Positions 18,953-26,304 of a DNA stretch of 64,000 nt are shown here, piece by piece (within the stretch, counting starts at the first letter, position 1; each line of letters begins with the position of its first letter). This stretch comes from an uncultured Sphingomonas sp. (GTDB lineage: Bacteria; Pseudomonadota; Alphaproteobacteria; Sphingomonadales; Sphingomonadaceae): NCBI RefSeq assembly GCF_913776045.1, contig NZ_CAJYOI010000006.1; one strand, written 5' to 3'. Under the pieces are notes generated by a model that saw only the letters and a list, made by a program, of their open reading frames with translations, was not told the origin of the DNA and searched no databases. Made by a program: the position numbers and the translations under genes.

Positions 18953-19702
18953 TCAGCCAGGGATTCGCATCAGTGACGCGGAGCTTTCGTCCATCGTCTT
19001 GGCTTCCTTCAGCAGGTTGGCCTGCACTTCGTAGCTGCGCTGGTTCTCGATCATGTCGATCAGCGCCTGGGTCAGGTTGACGTTCGACCCTTCGAGCGCG
19101 CCGACCTGCACCTCTGCGTCCAGATCGTCGGGCAGCACGCCGCCGCCCTTCACGTGCAGCAGATTGTCCAGGCCCTTCACCGTCTGCGATCCCTCGGGGT
19201 TGCCGAAGCGGATGCGGTCGATGCGCTGGGGCGGGGTGCCGGGCGCGGAACCCATCGGCACGATCGACAGCGTACCGTCCTCGCTAATGGAAATGTCCTG
19301 CGCGGGAGGTAGGGTGATGGGACCCCCCGATCCCATCACCGGAAACCCGTCGCCGGTCTGCAGCACACCGGTTTCGGTGATCTGCAGGTCGCCGCGGCGG
19401 GTATAGGCCTCGCTGCCGTCGGACGCCTGGACGACCATCCACGATGTGCCGGGGATGGCGATGTCGAGAGTGCGGCCGGTCTGCTGGATGGTGCCCGCGC
19501 GCCGATCGGCGTCGAGCACTTCCTCCGACACCGGCGCCCGCGACTCCAGGCCGCTGCCACCCTTCAGCATCAGCTGCTGAAAGGCCAGGCGGTCGGACTT
19601 GAAGCCGGTCGTCGACGCGTTCGCGATGTTGTTCGCGATCGACGCCTGCGCGGCCATCTGACCCTTGAGCCCGGTGAGGGCGGTATAGACCATCCGGTCC
19701 AT
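18953..19702 (-). CDS. flgF: Proximal rod protein
   Basis: MDRMVYTALTG, YTRRGDL, LEGSNVN; between flgE and flgG. Confidence 0.93.
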   Translation of the reverse strand: MDRMVYTALTGLKGQMAAQASIANNIANASTTGFKSDRLAFQQLMLKGGSGLESRAPVSEEVLDADRRAGTIQQTGRTLDIAIPGTSWMVVQASDGSEAYTRRGDLQITETGVLQTGDGFPVMGSGGPITLPPAQDISISEDGTLSIVPMGSAPGTPPQRIDRIRFGNPEGSQTVKGLDNLLHVKGGGVLPDDLDAEVQVGALEGSNVNLTQALIDMIENQRSYEVQANLLKEAKTMDESSASLMRIPG

Positions 19703-19732
19703 CGGCTACGTCCCTTATCTATTCGCTCAGGA

Positions 19733-21067
19733 TCAGCTGCGCATGTTGAAGATGGTCTGCGAGATCTGGCTCGAGGTCTCGAGGCTCTTCGCATTCGCCT
19801 GGAAATTGCGCTGGGCAGCGATCAGGCTCACCAGTTCTTCAGTGATGTCGACGTTCGACCGTTCGATCGCACCCGTGCTGAGGTTGCCGAAGCCGTTCGC
19901 GCCAGCTTCGCCCAGGCGGGCCTCGCCCGACACGCCGGTCGCCGACCAATAGCTCTTGCCGAGCTGGCGCAGACCCGAGGGGTTCGAGAAGTTGGCGAGC
20001 GCGACCTTACCGAGCGGCTGGGTGTCGCCGTTCGAGAAGCTGGCGCTGACGACACCATATTCGCTGATCGTCACGCTTTCGATCTGACCGATCGCGCGTC
20101 CGTCCTGAACTTCGGCGCTCTTGACGAACGGCGAACTCAGTTGCGTGGTCATCGAGCCGAAATCGATCGACAGTCCCTGCGGCGTCGTCGAGCTGGCGGG
20201 CGTGAAAAAGTCGAAGGCGACGAAAGAGGACGGCGTGGACACGGTGCCATTGCCCGCCGCAACGCTCTGCAGCTTTCCCTTGTCGTCGAATGTCATCGTC
20301 ATCGGGTCTTTTCCCGAACCCGACGTCAGCTGCTCGCTGCCGACGAAGGTATAGACCTTCCAGGTGCTGGTCGTGCCGGGACCGGTCGATGCCGTGTCGC
20401 GGACGTAATAGTTCGTCATGGTCTGGGCGTTGCCCAGCGCGTCATAGATCGTCGTCTGCGACGAATTGTTGTAGGTCGACGGATTGAACCGGTCGAACGC
20501 ATAGGTCTTGCCAGTGCCAGCGGCGAACAGCGTGCTGTCCTTCGGGATCGACGCGTTGGCCGACAGGTTGATCGACAGGTCGATCTTCTTCGTCGCTGAT
20601 GGCACGCCGCTGGTCGCGGGCAGGCGCAGGCTGACCATCGAGTCCAGACCGGTCGCGACGACCGTGCCCGAACCGTCGACCGGATAGACCTGCAGCTTGC
20701 CGCCGTTGGCGTCGGTCACGAAGCGATCGTTGTCGACGAAGAACGCGCCGTTGCGGGTGAACGACACTTTGGCCGAATTCAGGTCCGGCTTCACCGCGAA
20801 GAAGCCTTCGCCCGAGATCAGCATGTCGAGCGAGTTGGTCGACTGCTGCGACCCGCCCTGGCTGAACTGCTGGCGAACCGCCTTCACGACGGTACCCGAA
20901 CCGACCATCTGCGTCGGCGACACCGAAACGTTCGACGCCATGACGTCGGCGAATTCGACGCGGCTCTTCTTGAAGCCGTTGGTCGAGACGTTGGCGAGGT
21001 TGTGCGAGATCGTCGCCATTTCGGTCTGCGATGCCTGAAGGCCCGAAAGCGAAGTGTAGAAGGTCAT
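19733..21067 (-). CDS. flgE: Flagellar hook protein
   Basis: ISHNLANVSTNGFKKSR, ERSNVDITEELVSLIAAQRNFQANAK. Confidence 0.95.
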   Translation of the reverse strand: MTFYTSLSGLQASQTEMATISHNLANVSTNGFKKSRVEFADVMASNVSVSPTQMVGSGTVVKAVRQQFSQGGSQQSTNSLDMLISGEGFFAVKPDLNSAKVSFTRNGAFFVDNDRFVTDANGGKLQVYPVDGSGTVVATGLDSMVSLRLPATSGVPSATKKIDLSINLSANASIPKDSTLFAAGTGKTYAFDRFNPSTYNNSSQTTIYDALGNAQTMTNYYVRDTASTGPGTTSTWKVYTFVGSEQLTSGSGKDPMTMTFDDKGKLQSVAAGNGTVSTPSSFVAFDFFTPASSTTPQGLSIDFGSMTTQLSSPFVKSAEVQDGRAIGQIESVTISEYGVVSASFSNGDTQPLGKVALANFSNPSGLRQLGKSYWSATGVSGEARLGEAGANGFGNLSTGAIERSNVDITEELVSLIAAQRNFQANAKSLETSSQISQTIFNMRS

Positions 21068-21107
21068 GGCGGTTTAGCTCCTGGTAAGATCGAAGATTGG
21101 GACGGGA

Positions 21108-21812
21108 TCAGGCGATGGCGCGGACGGCGGAGGTCGGGATCTTGCCGACGCCGCCGACGTCGAGAACGGGGTCGCCGCCTTGCAGCATCGACACCGAGGT
21201 GACGGGCGCCCAGACGAGCGGATTGGCGATCACGGCGCTGCCCTTGTCGGACGCGGCGACGGTCACGGTGTACGCGCCGGCACCGGCATCGGTCCCGTCT
21301 TCCCATTTGCCGTCCCAGTCGTAGGATGCGGTGCCCGCCTCCTGCTTGCCGAGGTTGAGCGTCCGCACCGTCGTGCCGTCGCTGTTCTTGATCGTGACCT
21401 TGACGTCGCTTGCCGCGGAACCGAGTTCGACTGCGCCGGCGAACCCGCCGCTCTGGCGCGTGTAGGCAGTTTTGCCCGGCGTCAGCACGGTCTTGCCGAC
21501 ATAGGCCGCGGCATCCGCGGCGCCGCCCGAAAGCTTGCCGGAGATCGACTTCAGCGTCGAACCCATCTCCGAAATACCCGCCAGCGACGAGAATTGCGCC
21601 ATCTGGGCGACCATCTGCGAATTATCGACCGGTTCGAACGGATCCTGGTTCTTCATCTGCGCGGTCAGCAGCGCGATGAAGTCGCCCGGGCCCATTTCAT
21701 TGAGCGTCTTGCTGTTCGACGATTTCGCAGCGGCAGCGGCCTTGGCCGTCGCCGCCGTGCTGATGCCGGCCTTGTTCAGCGCGGCGTCGAAGGCGGAAGT
21801 GGTGGTAGCCAT
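21108..21812 (-). CDS. flgD: Hook capping protein
   Basis: DFIALLTAQMKNQDPFEPVDNSQMVAQMAQFS. Confidence 0.95.
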   Translation of the reverse strand: MATTTSAFDAALNKAGISTAATAKAAAAAKSSNSKTLNEMGPGDFIALLTAQMKNQDPFEPVDNSQMVAQMAQFSSLAGISEMGSTLKSISGKLSGGAADAAAYVGKTVLTPGKTAYTRQSGGFAGAVELGSAASDVKVTIKNSDGTTVRTLNLGKQEAGTASYDWDGKWEDGTDAGAGAYTVTVAASDKGSAVIANPLVWAPVTSVSMLQGGDPVLDVGGVGKIPTSAVRAIA

Positions 21813-21815
21813 TTA

Positions 21816-22226
21816 TCAGCGTCCCAGCTTGATGGTGTCGAGGATCAGCGTCTTGGCGGTCTGCATGACCTCGACGTTGTTCTGGTAGCTCCGCGCGCTT
21901 TCGAGCATGTCGACCAGCTCGCGACTTTCATCGACCGCGTTTTCGAAGACGTTGCCGTCCTTGTCGGCCAGCGGATTGCCCGGGTCGTAGCGCTTGGTCG
22001 GTTCCTCGCCCGCGGTGACGATCCGCTCGACGTTGACGGTCGACATCTGCGACGCCTGGTCGAACTGGGTACGGAATACCGGCTTGATCGAGCGATAGGC
22101 GGCCTGCGACGTCGTCGCGACGCCGCCGGCGTTGGCCAAGTTCGACGCGGTCGTGTTCATCCGCACCAGCTGCGCGGACATCGCACGACCGGCGACCTGG
22201 AAGATGTTCATGGGATTGTCGGCCAT
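21816..22226 (-). CDS. flgC: Proximal rod protein
   Basis: RMNTTASNLANA, RYDPGNPLAD, ELVDMLESARSYQNNV. Confidence 0.95.
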   Translation of the reverse strand: MADNPMNIFQVAGRAMSAQLVRMNTTASNLANAGGVATTSQAAYRSIKPVFRTQFDQASQMSTVNVERIVTAGEEPTKRYDPGNPLADKDGNVFENAVDESRELVDMLESARSYQNNVEVMQTAKTLILDTIKLGR

Positions 22227-22230
22227 GCGC

Positions 22231-22578
22231 TTATTCCCCCTTCAGCGCGCGGGTGATCGTGGCGATGCGACCGTTCAGGAACGACAGCGTCGTCTGATAG
22301 GCGACCGCATTCTCGGCAAAGGCGGTCTGTTCGGTCGCGAGCTCGACAGTGTTGCCGTCCAGACTCATCTGCGTCGGCAGGCGGAACTTGGTGTTCGCGG
22401 TGACGCTGGCGTCGAGACGACCGCTCTCCGCACCCTTCAGCGCCGCGGCGAAGTCGATATCCTTCGCCTTGAAGCCGGGGGTCGAGGCGTTGGCGATGTT
22501 GGACGCGAGCATCGCCATGCGCTGCGATCGCACGGCAAGGGCCGTTCCATGTACCCCGAAAAGATCGTTCTCAGCCAT
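22231..22578 (-). CDS. flgB: Proximal rod protein
   Basis: LASNIANASTPGFKAKDIDF, DGNTVEL..EQTAFAENAVAYQ. Confidence 0.95.
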   Translation of the reverse strand: MAENDLFGVHGTALAVRSQRMAMLASNIANASTPGFKAKDIDFAAALKGAESGRLDASVTANTKFRLPTQMSLDGNTVELATEQTAFAENAVAYQTTLSFLNGRIATITRALKGE

Positions 22579-22615
22579 GATGGCGTGGTCCCGCGTTGAT
22601 GACGTGGGACGGCTT

Positions 22616-22631
22616 TGCAACCACCGTGCCA
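22616..22631 (-). promoter_or_regulatory. sigma54 promoter of the flgB-L operon
   Basis: Perfect TGGCAC-GGTGG-TTGCA. Confidence 0.85.
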
Positions 22632-22674
22632 AATGCCCGTTTCGATCCGCTTTGCCATCACCGGCAGGGGTGGG

Positions 22675-22690
22675 CGGCAAGCGGTTGCCG
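22675..22690. promoter_or_regulatory. Candidate enhancer (bEBP binding site)
   Basis: Perfect inverted repeat CGGCAA-GCGG-TTGCCG plus flanking TTGCCG half-sites; resembles Caulobacter ftr/FlbD-type sites. Confidence 0.55.
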
Positions 22691-22735
22691 GTTGCCGGTT
22701 GGGGATTGCCGGGTGGAGCGCTGGCATCGTGACAC

Positions 22736-22850
22736 GCCCTCTCCCCGCTCGCGGGGAGAGGGATGGGGAGAGGGGCGGTGTCGCGAGCGGGCGGTCTCGA
22801 TGAGACACTTGCCCCTACCCCAACCCTCTTTCCACAAGCGGTTAGAGGGC
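22736..22850. repeat. REP-like inverted repeat element (family B)
   Basis: Arms GCCCTCTCCCCGCTCGCGGGGAGAGGGATGGGGAGAGGGGC / GCCCCTACCCCAACCCTCTTTCCACAAGCGGTTAGAGGGC, right arm decayed. Confidence 0.75.
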
Positions 22851-22896
22851 TATGGCTCGTTGCGCCCCATCGCCTTTCCATCATGGTAAACCAAAA

Positions 22897-22912
22897 CGGC
22901 ACGGGCTTTGCA
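22897..22912 (+). promoter_or_regulatory. sigma54 promoter of second stator-flgA operon
   Basis: CGGCAC-GGGCT-TTGCA, 12 nt before ATG 22925. Confidence 0.75.
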
Positions 22913-22924
22913 GGACCTCGCGCG

Positions 22925-23584
22925 ATGTCTTTGATCGCGAGCCTTGCTGCCTTTCTCGATCCCGCCGCCCTCGCCATCGTCGGTGGGGGTACGGTACTGG
23001 CGACCGTCCTTCGCACGCCCGCGCGCGACCTCGCACGCGGTGTCGTCGCGCTGAAGGCGATCGGCCGTACGCCGTTCGATGCCGGGCCGCTCGTCACTCA
23101 GGTCGAGGCGCTAAGCCGGATCACGGCGCGTCACGGTGTGATGCAGCTCGACCGCTCGGTCATCAAGGATCCCGATGTTTCGGCCGCGATGAACGCGATC
23201 GTCGACGGGGCGGATGGCGCCATCGTCCGCACGCTGATCGAGGATCGTCGGGTCGCCCGTTACGAACGCCAGCGGGCTGCCGCCGAAATGTGGGCGGCCG
23301 CGGCCGAATTCGGGCCGGCGATGGGCATGGTCGGTACGCTGATCGGCCTGGTTCGCCTGTTCACCAGCATGACCGACCCGGCCGCGATCGGCGGGGCGAT
23401 GGCGATCGCGGTGCTCGCAACGTTGTACGGCGCGCTGGTCGGCAACCTGATCTGCCTGCCGGTTGCGGCGCGTCTGAAGAGACTTGCGCGCGCGGAATGT
23501 GTCGAGCGCGGGCGCCTGGCCGAACCGCTCGCCCGCCTGGCCACGCGCGAAGCGCCGTGCCTGCGCCCGATGGCGGTCGCATGA
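22925..23584 (+). CDS. MotA/PomA-like stator A subunit, N-terminally short
   Basis: ARHGVMQLD, IVDGAD, PAMGMVGTLIGLV, MAIAVLATLYGALVGN; 219 aa. Confidence 0.85.
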   Translation: MSLIASLAAFLDPAALAIVGGGTVLATVLRTPARDLARGVVALKAIGRTPFDAGPLVTQVEALSRITARHGVMQLDRSVIKDPDVSAAMNAIVDGADGAIVRTLIEDRRVARYERQRAAAEMWAAAAEFGPAMGMVGTLIGLVRLFTSMTDPAAIGGAMAIAVLATLYGALVGNLICLPVAARLKRLARAECVERGRLAEPLARLATREAPCLRPMAVA

Positions 23585-24078
23585 CGATCGACCAGCTGCT
23601 CGAGGACGAACCGCGTCGGCCGATCTGGCTGGTGACGCTGGCCGACGTCATGATGCTGCTCGTCGGCTTCTTCGTCTTCCTCCAGGCCAATCCCAAGGTC
23701 GATGCGACCACGCTCGGCAACGCCCTGCGCGAAGGCTTCGGCCTGGCCGCGGAGGCGCCGATCGCGCTGGAAGCGAATGTCATTCAGGGCTTTGCCGTCG
23801 GGTCCGCCGCCTTGCCGCCGCACGACGTTGCCGGCTGGGTGCGCGCAGTGACCAATGATCCGCGCACGACCATCCGCGTGACCGGCGGCACCGATGGTAC
23901 CCCGGCCGATGTCGATTCCGCCACCGGTTCCGCTGCCATTCTCGCTGTCGATCGCGCCCGCGCGGTTGCCGCAGCCATCGCCGCCGACGTGCCGGCCGGG
24001 CGCATCGCGATCGATGCCCGCACCGGTGCCGGCCGCGCCGTTCAACTCACATTATCTTACGATGGGGAAACCCGATGA
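23581..24078 (+). CDS. MotB/PomB-like stator B subunit, short
   Basis: WLVTLADVMMLLVGFFVFL (conserved Asp), compact OmpA-like C-terminus (VTGGTD..LAVDRARAV); ATGA-coupled; 165 aa. Confidence 0.8.
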   Translation: MTIDQLLEDEPRRPIWLVTLADVMMLLVGFFVFLQANPKVDATTLGNALREGFGLAAEAPIALEANVIQGFAVGSAALPPHDVAGWVRAVTNDPRTTIRVTGGTDGTPADVDSATGSAAILAVDRARAVAAAIAADVPAGRIAIDARTGAGRAVQLTLSYDGETR

Positions 24079-24611
24079 TCCGTCCGCTTCTCTCGCTCGC
24101 CGCTCTAGCCGTCGCGACGCCGGCCGCCGCCCAGGCGATCCGTTTCCAGGATACCACCGCGATCGACGTCGCGGTCACGGCTTTTACCGGCCATGCCATC
24201 GGCGAGGAGGGCGGGGCGCGCACCGCGGTCGATGCCCGGCTGAAGCTGGCGCAATGCCCGTTGCCGCAGCTCGACTGGCGCGGCTCGTTCCAGGACGCGG
24301 TCGTCGTGACCTGCGATACGCCACGCTGGCGTATCTATGTCCCGATCAAGCTGCCGCCCCAGGCCGCCCGTCCACAGGTGGCTGCCGCGACTCCGGTAGC
24401 GGTCGCGCCGCCGCCGAAACCCGAAATGGTCATCAAGCGCGGCGACCCGATCACGATCGAAGCGGGCGGTGCAGGCTTTTCGATCACGCGCGACGGCACC
24501 GCGATGGGCGACGCGCCGGCCGGCGGGCGTCTGCTGGTAAAGATCGATCCGGCCAAGCCACCGATTCAGGCGGTAGCGGTCGGCGCCGGTCGGGCCGCGC
24601 TGCCGAACTGA
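24075..24611 (+). CDS. flgA: P-ring assembly chaperone
   Basis: Signal peptide, DARLKLAQCP, VIKRGDPITIEA..FSITRDGTAMGDA (SAF). Confidence 0.85.
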   Translation: MIRPLLSLAALAVATPAAAQAIRFQDTTAIDVAVTAFTGHAIGEEGGARTAVDARLKLAQCPLPQLDWRGSFQDAVVVTCDTPRWRIYVPIKLPPQAARPQVAAATPVAVAPPPKPEMVIKRGDPITIEAGGAGFSITRDGTAMGDAPAGGRLLVKIDPAKPPIQAVAVGAGRAALPN

Positions 24612-24620
24612 TAGGGACTC

Positions 24621-24647
24621 AGGGTGAAGCCCCCGTTCACCCTCTTT
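24621..24647 (+). terminator. Possible intrinsic terminator after flgA
   Basis: AGGGTGAA-7nt-TTCACCCT followed by CTTT. Confidence 0.4.
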
Positions 24648-24661
24648 GTCGAAAAAATTTC

Positions 24662-24688
24662 TAAAACATGTCTGCCAGAGGTCGTTGT
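24662..24688 (+). promoter_or_regulatory. sigma28 promoter of flgM-flgN
   Basis: TAAA-N15-GTCGTTGT. Confidence 0.6.
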
Positions 24689-24721
24689 AGCGTGTGACGA
24701 AGCCATTCGAGGACGGGAACC

Positions 24722-25018
24722 ATGGTGGATCCGATCGGTATCAAAGGCGCGACGAGCATCGATCGCAAACCGGCGCCAGTCGCGCCGGCAGCGGCCGTGC
24801 AGGTGTCTCAGCCGGCCGACGACACGTCGGTCACCCGGGCGTCGTCGACGTTGCAGGCGCTGTCCCAGCCCGCCGCCGCATCCGCCCCGGTGGACGCGGA
24901 ACGCGTGAGCAAGATCAAGAAGGCCATCCAGGACGGCAAGTTCCCGATCCTGCCCTCGACCATCGCCGACCGTCTGCTGGCCCTCAAGCTCGAATGGAAT
25001 CCCAATGAAGCGGCGTGA
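24722..25018 (+). CDS. flgM: Anti-sigma28 factor
   Basis: PVDAERVSKIKKAIQDGKFPILPSTIADRLL. Confidence 0.9.
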   Translation: MVDPIGIKGATSIDRKPAPVAPAAAVQVSQPADDTSVTRASSTLQALSQPAAASAPVDAERVSKIKKAIQDGKFPILPSTIADRLLALKLEWNPNEAA

Positions 25019-25319
25019 GGCCCTGGTCGGCGTGATCGAAGCGCTGCACGGCGAAATCGACGCGCTGAAGTCGAACGACATCGCGCGTCTGGAGGCCGCG
25101 ACCGCGCGCAAGCTGCGCTGCATCGAGGATGCCGCCGCCTGTGATCACGAGGAACCGACTGCGGAACTGAACGATCTGGCGCGCGAGGCGCACCGGCTGA
25201 ACGAAACCTGCCGCATCTATGTCAACCTGATGACGGCAAACGTCCGCCGTCGCCTGCAGGTTCTTGCCGGTTCGCCCAACGCCCCCTACCGCCCGACCGG
25301 CGCTGCCGCCTACGCATAA
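25005..25319 (+). CDS. flgN: FlgN-like export chaperone
   Basis: Helical 104-aa protein directly after flgM; RLNETCRIYVNL. Confidence 0.7.
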   Translation: MKRREALVGVIEALHGEIDALKSNDIARLEAATARKLRCIEDAAACDHEEPTAELNDLAREAHRLNETCRIYVNLMTANVRRRLQVLAGSPNAPYRPTGAAAYA

Positions 25320-25367
25320 GGGCGTTTAGGCCTAAGCGCCCACCCGCCGTGCCCGGGTTTCGCAATC

Positions 25368-25383
25368 TGGCACGCCTCTTGCT
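25368..25383 (+). promoter_or_regulatory. sigma54 promoter of slt-flhA-fliA
   Basis: Perfect TGGCAC-GCCTC-TTGCT. Confidence 0.85.
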
Positions 25384-25422
25384 GAAACGATCCTCAACAG
25401 GGGTTTCAGGCAAGATTTTCGA

Positions 25423-26304
25423 ATGACCATTCCGAACCTGACGAAGGTCGCCGCGGGGCGGGCAGGGAGCGTGCAGAACGCCATCCAGCTCGCGTCCACG
25501 CGCACGGGGATCGATTTCAACTATCTGCTGGGGCAGGCGCAGGTCGAAAGCGGTCTGAATGCCTCTGCCCGCGCGGGCACGTCGTCAGCGACAGGCCTGT
25601 ATCAGTTCATCGAACAAAGCTGGCTGGGCGTGGTCAAGAACCACGGCGCCGATCACGGCATGGGCTGGGCGGCCGACAGCATCACGCGCACCGCATCGGG
25701 CAAATATGTCGTCAGTGACCCTGGTGTCCGCCGCCAGATCCTGAGTCTCCGCAACGATCCCACCGCCTCGTCGCTGATGGCGGCCGAACATGCGTCGGAC
25801 AACAAGGACAAATTGTCGTCCGCGCTCAACCGCGATGTGACCGGCACCGACCTCTACATGGCGCATTTCCTCGGCATCGGCGGGGCCAAGAAATTCCTGG
25901 CGGCGATGGAGAACAATCCCGGCCAGAGCGCCGCGGGGCTGTTCCCCGGCGCCGCGCGCACCAACCGCAGCGTGTTCTATGCCGCCGACGGCAGCCCGCG
26001 ATCGCTGGGCGATGTGTACACCCGCTTTGCCGCCAAGCTCGACAAGGGCGCGGCTGCATCGGGCGCGACCGGGCTCGCCAGCGGGGCGATCGATGCGCTG
26101 AAGCTCGATCCCGACATGGAGGTCGTGCTGGGCAACGAAGCGCAGGGCGGCGACCGCGCCTGGCTCGCCTCCACGCTGGAGCGCTTCGGCGCCTCAGGCC
26201 GCGCGACCGGTGTGTCGGAAACGGCGGCGACGCTGCTGCGCCCCAACCCGGACAATGCGCGGCTCGCCTATCTGATGCTCGCCCAGCTGGGAGGTAACGT
26301 CTGA
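25423..26304 (+). CDS. Flagellum-associated lytic transglycosylase (SLT domain)
   Basis: IDFNYLLGQAQVES (catalytic Glu), SSATGLYQFIEQSWL, LYMAHFLGIGGA. Confidence 0.85.
   Translation: MTIPNLTKVAAGRAGSVQNAIQLASTRTGIDFNYLLGQAQVESGLNASARAGTSSATGLYQFIEQSWLGVVKNHGADHGMGWAADSITRTASGKYVVSDPGVRRQILSLRNDPTASSLMAAEHASDNKDKLSSALNRDVTGTDLYMAHFLGIGGAKKFLAAMENNPGQSAAGLFPGAARTNRSVFYAADGSPRSLGDVYTRFAAKLDKGAAASGATGLASGAIDALKLDPDMEVVLGNEAQGGDRAWLASTLERFGASGRATGVSETAATLLRPNPDNARLAYLMLAQLGGNV

Noticed and set aside
22763-22924. Upstream in-frame extension of the MotA-like gene that might supply TM1
   Set aside because: Not hydrophobic, runs through the repeat element, and lies upstream of the sigma54 promoter
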